DNA of 64,000 bases from Ylistrum balloti (lineage: Eukaryota). Shown piece by piece: positions 55,638 through 64,000 of the stretch. The stretch lies in assembly GCF_031769215.1 (NCBI RefSeq), contig NW_026781877.1:186001-250000 (forward strand), in the 5' to 3' direction. The notes beneath the pieces are model-generated. The model was not told the origin of the DNA. It searched no databases and saw nothing but the letters and a program-made list of their open reading frames with translations. The first letter of the stretch is position 1, and each line of letters opens with the position of its first letter. The translations under genes were made by a program, and so were the position numbers.

Positions 55638-58600
55638 ATGGCAGTACAGTATCTGCACACAAGAACGGCTTTGTCTGAATTGCAGGCACTCCTGAAATGT
55701 TCCAAATGGTACAATTATCATTTATTTGAACTTGCTAAGTCTTCTTTTCACTCTGAAATCGTCTGAGCATGAAATCACGACGAATGTTAATTCACGGATC
55801 GGAGTACCCTCCGCCGGATGTATGTGAATCTCGGGCTGTTAACTCTGACAGATAATGGAAGTCTCAAATGTTGTGAGCCTTCTTTATGTTTTATGGCTGA
55901 TTGCACCATATAGAACATGGAAGTTTTTCAATATTCAATACAAGAAAGTGAGCTAACTGTATGGAAATGCTTACTTTAGTTCTATGACCAACAGTTTAAT
56001 CGGTACATATATAAACAGGAACGTATAATACTGTATTATACGTCACTGATATAAGAGACAGAAAGTAACAGTAAATATAATCAACCATCTGCAGTATTAT
56101 TGTCTAGATAGAAAATAAAATCACTGCATACATTACTATGTATCTGTACAATTCTAATATTTACATGTTGCCTAATATTACTAATGACTTAATATTTCAG
56201 TGACAAGATTGCTAGTAGTCCATGTACACTTGGCAGCTGTGAACACATATACTGCAGGTAACATAAGTAACTGACCAGCATTATGTGGGAACTTTCATTA
56301 GTAACAAAATGATGAACCCTATTGAATGGTTCAGTATGGAGGTAGCAATAGCTAACAAACTTTATAAATTCAGGTATGTTGAATATCTGAAAAATGAGGG
56401 TTATGCTAGTGCTGTTACAATATATTGATATATAATGTGCTATATAAATATATCTACAGCAATAAGATAATTATACACCAGTTTTTCACTATAAGGAAGT
56501 ATTCTTCTTACCTCTCTATCACTTTAATGAGACTTCAAATATTTAAGGTTTTATTTCTTGATCAAGCATCTTATATACGTGACAACCAAGCATGAGGGAC
56601 AAATTGAATTTGATTCAGAACAAAAAGAAAAAAAGTGGTGCATGAAAACATTTCTGCTTGAAAACAAATAATTGAACCTGGTGTTGCATTGTGCCAAATA
56701 TGCAACACTGGTCAAATACAGTAGTGGAATGACAAACCTTATAACACATCTTTCAAGGCATCACCAATGAAGAAAATCAAGACAGTTGGTAAAGGTAGGA
56801 TTCATTTGCCATAAGTAGAGAGAGTAAAACACAGCAAATATGTACATGGCTTCAGCCTCAACAACCTTCTTTTAGATACATTTTGAGTGCAAAATATAAA
56901 TTGAAATCTCCACTAAGCATGGACATCACCAATTCAGTTGTACAATTTATTATTGACTATCTGAGAACTTTGAGTATTGTGGATGCTTTTGGTTTCAAAA
57001 ACATGATCACTTATACAATGTAATCCTGGATATTTACAACAATATTTTGGTATTTGTGTCTTGGGCACCTGCTGTAGCTCTTACGACTTACAGCTGGACT
57101 AGGCAGGGCTATCACATCCTGTGTGACTGTTACCTAAACCAATATCACACCTGAATTTGAATAAAAGGATTTTGTTCTTCAAACCAGAGCTATCCCCGAT
57201 AGACTGATTTGAACAATAGCAACTGTTATTAAACATAAAAGTTCTAATCGAACAAGTGTCTTGTTCTTGAATAGTGAAATTACTCTACAAATGTATCAAG
57301 AGCCAACAGTAAGGCTTAATGTTTTTATCATTTCTGATACATGGCAATATATTGTGGTATGTATCACAGTTGCTCTTCATTGCAATATATTATGGCAGCA
57401 CTAGTTTAAGCCTTACCCACATTGGTTTGTATTTTCTACAGAAGACTATATTTTACTTCTTATGCTTAACTGATTTCATTGTAATATACCAAGGGAAAGA
57501 GTATTATCAGTTTCTAAAACTGAAAGTATCAACTTAAGAAAACTTTGTTGAAATAACATGGGAGAAAAGTCTATTATATGTTTTCCATTATAGAAGTCTG
57601 GCTTTTTTTCAAATTGATTTAGTTGTATACCTGTTTACATTGACCATAAACTTTGCCTTTTTTTTTTTTTTTTTTTTTGAAAATTTGGGGTTTGTGACAT
57701 CCTTGATACTCCAGGGGTTGCACCCCTGGGACATTTCCTGGCTGAATTATATGTTCCATGTGTAACATCTTTTGGACAAGATGAGAAGACTAGTTTGATG
57801 TACATCAAGCAAATCTCATTGTTGCATGATGATATATGTCGTACTGGTTTTGAAGTTGGATGTTGCTCCTTTGTAATGTTCAAAGGGGCATATCGGTCAG
57901 TGATTGGTCAGTTATTTTCTCCTTAAACCCAGTCTGGACCAAGCAAATTACTTAAGTTTTGTAATGAAATCTTCTAGGAGATGCGAGCAGCTGATCATAA
58001 CCCCAGAGTATCGAGGATAGGTTTTAGAGTGTTGTTAAGATGCTTTACTACCATTGATAAAGTTTAGAATCTGTTTTGTTATAATTACATGGATGATAAT
58101 AATAAGCTTGTGATTTTAGGGATTGTTGTGAAGATGTTTTGGGTAAAAGCTGTCCAGTCTGCCTCATTCCGACAGATGTACGTGACGCACATGTTAATCG
58201 TCAACTCTTCACCTTGGTTACTCTTTGTCAGAAACTGGATGAAGCACTGACTAGTACACCAGGTAATGTCAGCTTAAAGCAGATCAACAAAAACAAAACT
58301 TGTTATCCATTTTATTTTCAGCAGTTGACATCAATATTTTGTGTGAAACAGAGGTCTTTTTAATGAATGAAGAAGCTGAGAAAAGACTTAAAGTTGTCTC
58401 ATTTTGTTGGAACTTGCATCTTGGTCTTTGTTTCGATCAGTTTCTCAGAAAGTGTATTTTCATTGCCACTAGATGGGGTTTGATAAATCATGTGCAACTC
58501 GAAAAGACCAACTAGAGATATAGATTACTTGGAGCTATGTTTTAGGCCTAGAAGTGAAATTCTGGTATATTTTGAAAATGGGCAAGAAATTGACATCTTA

Positions 58601-61600
58601 TTTTGTACATATATTCATGTAAAAAATTATTTGTTCTTGAATTTTAAAATAATTTTGCCCTAATACAGTGAAAATTTTTCTCTTATCGAACATGTAATTT
58701 TGGCCTTAAGTGGTTTTAGAGAGTCCAAAGCAGGGATGAGACATTAAACGTAATTTTCTTCTGACCACTTAACAAGTACTGTAAGTCACCCTGGTCTTTG
58801 AGGGCTTTAATAATTTTCCATCATAAAAAATTACTAGTTTGTAATTAAATATAGAAAACCTGATCATATTCCATGGCTGAAATAGTTTATTGTTCTCAGC
58901 ATCATTAAAAGAAGGACTGTTTCGTTGATTTAAACCCAACCCCTCAGGAGGACTCCAGTTTTATCAAATAAGATTTATTAAGGCAGATGGTTCAATTTTT
59001 CATTTTTAAGACTGACTTCTGCAAATTAGAGTTTACAATTAGAAAGATATATACTAATATATTTTAATATAAGAACATCTTTCCAAGAGCTTTTCTTTTA
59101 AGATTTTGCATGTAAATTTCTTGTGTTAGTAGACTCCCAGACAACAAGCTTCACACCAGTGTCAACAAGTAATCACAAATTTTCCACTTCTGATACAAGA
59201 ACAAAATCAAACCTTACCAGGCAGCAGCAGCGTAGATCTACACCCACAAAAGATGAGAAAGTATCAAGCACCAAATGTGGCCCCTCCAATAGTCCAGGGC
59301 CAAAGCTAGGTAACCTACAATCTACACCTGGAAAAGGTGATAAAGCACCAACCACCAAATGTGGTCCCTCCAATAGTCCAGGGCCAAAGCTTGGTAAACT
59401 CAGATCTACCACAGGAAGTAAAGGTGGCAAAAGTAATCCATTGTCTAGTCCAGCATCAAAGTTAGGTAACCGAGATTCTGTTCCAGTCAATCAAAGCACC
59501 ATGACACAGCACTTTGGCAATAGAGATGATGAGGAGATGACAGAGGACAGAGAAACCCATGATACAGAGGGGAAGGTAAATGATGAACCAGTAGGAAGTA
59601 CCATTACTGATGATGTCCATATCCTCCAGGACACTTCCAGGCCAGTCAGATCAAGGACTAAACTATCAAAATCTCCTGGTCATTCTAACGTATTGGGACA
59701 GGAAAGTCCAGTGTCTACTGTCAAGACATTTAATGATAAAACTAGCTCTACCCCAACATCAACCAGAAAGTTGAAAACACAGTGTAAGAAGAGCTTTCCT
59801 GTCAATAAAACAAGGAATTTAAGAGTGAGATTATTGGAAAAGTCAGATACGAACAGTAACCAAAATAGTGAAAATGTACTACCGAAGAAAGGAAAGAATA
59901 AGAGACATTCTATTGGCGTAGTTAGAGCTGCGAGCACATCTGTTAGTGCAACAGCTTCGGGGAATAAGAAGTCACGGAGGAGTTTATCTCCAACTGCATT
60001 AACTAAAAGGTCTACAGCTGTTATTCCATTGTCACCAGCTACAAGGTCTAGAGGGAAGTTGACCCCTGTAAACACATCTCTGACAGGATCTGGAAAGAAG
60101 GTTGTGAATGAGATTGAGAGAAGAAATGCAAAGGGGGAAACATTCTTACAGGTGGCTTGTATAAAGGTAACTTGACATTACTAGAAGCATTACTATCTTT
60201 TTATTCCTCATTCTGATCCTCCATTACTGTAGAGATCATGATAATATCCAACTGAAAATTCATTCGGATTTGCTTTCCATTATGAAAAATGTTACAGATG
60301 AGTACTGTCAGCTGATGTAAGGTGACCCTCATACTTGTTCCTCTGAGAAACACTTGATGTTTTTAAAACTTTAAAGTGGTAGTTTTAGCTGTTCTGTTTA
60401 AATTTGTTACTGCTGTTGTTTATAGACTGATCCATATTCATTTAAAGTCACTTGAAATCTTTTGACTATCAAGGTTCTTTTTTATCTAGCATAGGGGAGA
60501 TAACTTTGATTAACTTAAAAGTGATAGTTGGGCCTGGGTCTGTTAGTATTTAGAAAATATATCTGTTTGAGTGACATTTTTAGCCCATCATCATCAGATG
60601 GCTATTTCTAGAGAAGTACTCATTGGTTTTTTTTTTTTTTTATTTTTTTTTTTCAAAATTTTGACTTTGAAAGTTTGTTATTGCAATTTCTTGACAACTA
60701 CTGCATAGATCTTTCTCAAATTTCTTGTGTATTTTCTTCTTGGTCCTTACTGCCCTTTTGATTTTAGGACTGATAAAAAAAACGAATTGGCTTCCAGCTG
60801 ACCATCTTGGATTTGGCAGTTTGGGTATATTTGAATCACCCTGTCTGACTGTCCGACTGTCTGTCTGTCTGGAATATTGTGTCAAGTGTATCTAAAAAAA
60901 AATACTATTTCTCAAATTTGGCATACTACATCCTTATGATATAAAGTTTCGCCCTTTCGCTTTTCATTAAGATTTTGACAAAATTTGTCAGGGTTATGCC
61001 CCTACGTAGATATTCTGTATGGAATACTGTGTCAAGTAGACCTTATGAAGTACTGAAGCAATATCTCTCAAACTTTGCATAGTACATCCCTATGATATAT
61101 AGTTGGGCCATTTCATTTTTCATTTAAACTTGATCAAATGCTATAGCTAATTATAGCCTATAATTTGACATATTAGGTGTTCCAAAACTGTTACCATGGA
61201 ACCACTTTGGAGGCTTCTGATTGGTCAAAATTAAGATATTAGATTAAGTTAAAAATTGATATAAAATGGTTAAGGGGGATGACAAATACAATACCATTTT
61301 CAAAAAAGAAATTGTTTCCATTTGGTTGCTGTGGTGACCAAATGAAGACCTCTTGAAAGAATCTTGTTGGGGCACCCCCTCCAAAACTGTTGTTGATTGG
61401 GGAGTAAGGGGTATTAGTCGGCCAAACTGGTTTATCGTTAAGAGCAAAAATAGAAGAGAAAAGATCAAACATTCATAGAACAAATAAAAGATAAAACAAT
61501 GGTGGGCGCCAAGATCCCTCTGGGATCTCTCGTTTCTGATATAGATCAGTTCTTTTGCCTGATATTGGTCATATTGTCATGTAGTCCGATCTATTTTATA

Positions 61601-63565
61601 AACATGTTGGTAACTTTCTGGTGACCATTTTGTGTATTGCTTGTAATTGTTGATCCTGTTATTCTACATTTTAAGGGTGATTTTGTGAGAGTTGAGGAAC
61701 TGTTGAATGGAGGAGCCACACCAAACACCAGGGACAACGCAGGATGGACTCCTCTGGTATGCACAAAGAGAAAATATCATCAGCTATGCATTATCATTCT
61801 ATCAAAGGTTCTATAGAGACATAATAAAGATTTGATTGAATACACTGGATGAAGACTCTGCTTCACCTTTTACGATGGTTCGTGGCAAGATTGTGAAAAA
61901 ATTACTGACATATTTAGTAATAATGGTCATTGAGCATACTTTTAATTCAATTGGAAAAGTAAATAACTATTTATCTAGTTAGTGTACAATGGCAATACAT
62001 CAACATTTGATTGAACTTCTCTAGGCTGATTTTGCAATTTTACCTTGTGATTTGATGATAACTGGTACATTATTAAGAAGCAAAATATTTCAACTGTGTA
62101 TAAACAGTCATTGATTATGAAGTGAAAGCTAATTCTTCACACTACATGTACAGTTGAACCTGAATAGCTTGAAGTCAGCGGGCCTGTAGGAAAACTACCT
62201 ATCTGATTATTCGATTTAAGTGATTGTGAAAAGTTTGGTGGGAAGTTTTGCCGGGAATACCGAAATACTTTGAATGAAAGGGGATCTCTGAGTTACAAGA
62301 ATTAGAGATAACAAGAATCAACTGTATATTGAAACCAAAATTACAGATGAAATTAAAATACTAGACTTAATAAATATCTCAGGAACAGTATTTATAGTAC
62401 AGTGATAATTTGTATAAAAAGAAAATTCAAGTTCAAGAATCATAAAACTATTCTTTAATGATTTATGTAAAGCTGTGATATGTACAGTATTACAATGTTG
62501 TTTAAGCAAACTTGTTATACATTGTTGTTCAGAATAATAACACTGTTTCAGCATGAAGCATGTCACCATGGTTATGTAGACATTGCTCGTCTGTTGCTGG
62601 ACCATGGAGCTCTGATCGATGTGCCTGGTACAGAAAATGCCACACCTCTTCACGATGCTGTCTCCCATGGTAGGGTAGAGTGTGTGGCACTTCTGGTATC
62701 CAGAGGGGCATCACTTACTGCAAGGTAAACACTTGTATCAATGTTTATATGTACTCATGAACCTTGTTAGAACTATATATACAGGTTCTACCAGTTCCAA
62801 CTATTACCACACAGAAAACTATCATTTTTATTAAAGAAGTCATGTGTTTGAACTATCTACCTATTTAAACTGACCACAGGTTTTTCAAATGGGCACTCTG
62901 TCCTAGTATCTTAGGTTTGATGTTCAGAATAACTAATGTAGTTCATTACTCCATTAATATTGTGACAAATCTTAATGAAAGTATTAATATTGTAAATATG
63001 ACATTTTAATATTGGGACAGATCATTATGAAAAAGTCTTTATAGATATATTGTAAATGTAATAAGTTTTGTTAGATACAAAGATATTGTTACAGATCATA
63101 ATAAAAATATTGATATCATTCAAAATTTCAATAAAAGTATGATTATTGTGACAAATCAATAAAAATGTTAATATTATGACAAATCTTCATTAAAAAATTT
63201 AACATGAGATCTTGATAGATATATTAATCATTTAGATAAGACAAAACATCAAAAATAGTCTGTTAATATGATCCCAGGATTTAATGTTTCAATGTACCAG
63301 TAACTGTAGGACATCATGCTGAAAGTTCACGCCTTCCCCTTGACAAAAGTCGCCGTCCACAACAATCTGATCATTGAATTGCCTTTTTTGAATTATTTTT
63401 TTATTGAATTATGTTATTCTGGTTAATATAATCAGTTTTGAGCTAACCTGAGTTGTTTTATAATTTAGGAATCTCTATGGTTACACGCCAGTGGACTGTG
63501 CCCGATCTGAAGAGGTCAAGACTGCCCTGAAAACAGCTGTTCAATCTGTTTCAGTTGGCAGAGAG
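55638..63565 (+). CDS. BARD1: BRCA1-associated RING domain protein 1, 5' part: exons 55638-55708, 56201-56257, 58120-58262, 59103-60166, 61676-61756, 62552-62724, 63469-63565; continues past the window (BRCT exons not included)
   Basis: RING C3HC4: MAVQYLHTRTALSELQALLKCSKCDKIASSPCTLGSCEHIYCRDCCEDVLGKSCPVC...VNRQL. It is followed by a long Ser/Thr/Lys-rich exon and ankyrin repeats RNAKGETFLQVACIKGD..DNAGWTPLHEACHHG..TPLHDAVSHG..RNLYGYTPVD. All introns are GT-AG and in phase. The exon 4 acceptor is ambiguous (59103, 59130 or 59133). Confidence 0.92.
56407..57403 (+). mobile_element. Internally deleted hAT DNA transposon with a BED-finger transposase remnant, in BARD1 intron 2
   Basis: 19-bp TIRs TAGTGCTGTTACAATATAT / ATATATTATGGCAGCACTA (16/19); flanks GGTTATGC / GTTTAAGC (6/8, decayed 8-bp TSD). 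The broken ORF KSGA*KHF..VALCQICN..VKYSSGMTNLITHLSRHH..ITNSVVQFIIDYLRTLSIVDAFGFKNMI resembles ZBED1-type hAT transposases. Confidence 0.8.
60577..61535 (+). mobile_element. Non-autonomous Helentron-like (HINE) element, possibly with a nested insertion
   Basis: T-run + AGCCCATC...GATGGCT 5' inverted repeat; (GTCT/GTCC)n at about 60842-60870; 3' subTIR TGGTGGGC followed by a perfect hairpin AGATCCC-TCT-GGGATCT (61512-61528) and TTT. Confidence 0.65.
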
Positions 63566-63740
63566 GTAGATGAATATATGTATTGTTTGATAGAGTCATT
63601 AGTTTCCTGGGTATTTTGTTTTTCTGTCCAGAATTATAAATGTTTTCACATTATTTATAAGACATGACAGCTCTGATAGACAACAAGGAATTTGTTGATC
63701 GAAAGGGATGCCTGAAACATGGTTTCAAAATCAAACATAT

Positions 63741-63920
63741 TGCAATCAACCCTGTCTTAAAGCCCCCCTTTCTACAAAGGTCATTTGTCTATAAAGGCCA
63801 TTTTTTGGGTACCTTAGATAATGCAATCCTTAGTAAACCTCTATATAAAGGCCACCTGTGCTTATAGACCATTTTTTACGCTGCTTCCTTGGATGGCCTT
63901 TATAGACGGGTTTAAATGTA
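63741..63920. mobile_element. Tc1/mariner (pogo/Tigger-like) MITE
   Basis: Ends (T)GCAATCAACCCTGTCTTAAAG and GGCCTTTATAGACGGGTTTAAATG(TA); internal TCTATAAAGGCCA repeats. Confidence 0.55.
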
Positions 63921-64000
63921 ATAACATATAAAGTAATTGTAAAGCATTGATTTTCTGATGTATATTAGAAAGAGTGCTCGAATTTCCTCACAACACTGCT

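Noticed and set aside
55855-55950. ATG-initiated MEVSNVVSLL... frame with a GTGAGC donor as BARD1 exon 1
   Set aside because: Wrong phase for exon 2 and no RING similarity. The real first exon is 55638-55708 (LLKCSKC).
57658-57730. T-run followed by the hairpin CCAGGGGT-TGC-ACCCCTGG, resembling an intrinsic terminator
   Set aside because: Eukaryotic intron; more likely the end of a small mobile element, and not classifiable.
59173-60075. Minus-strand ORFs of 105 and 131 aa
   Set aside because: Antisense shadows of BARD1 exon 4.

Overview
AT-rich, intron-rich animal genomic DNA; the repeat types suggest a mollusc or other lophotrochozoan (inference). It holds three genes, reconstructed by hand from splice sites and reading phase. 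(1) The last two coding exons of ELP2 (+), separated by a U12-type intron. (2) An almost complete HECW1/HECW2-like NEDD4-family E3 ligase (-; HECW_N, C2, 2.6-kb low-complexity exon, two WW domains, HECT; about 1,970 aa). It has 26 intact coding exons; one HECT exon is garbled or missing at about 18.4-18.5 kb. (3) The first seven coding exons of BARD1 (+; RING and ankyrin repeats), head-to-head with HECW. About 28% of the window is unrelated intronic minisatellite arrays. The most unusual pattern is that about six arrays are built from, or start at, a real exon-intron junction, so tens of decoy splice sites sit next to the functional ones. Transposon remnants include a hAT/BED-finger element, Helentron-like HINEs, two SINEs and MITEs. 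There is no prokaryotic system and no CRISPR array, and the long ORFs over repeats are artefacts.
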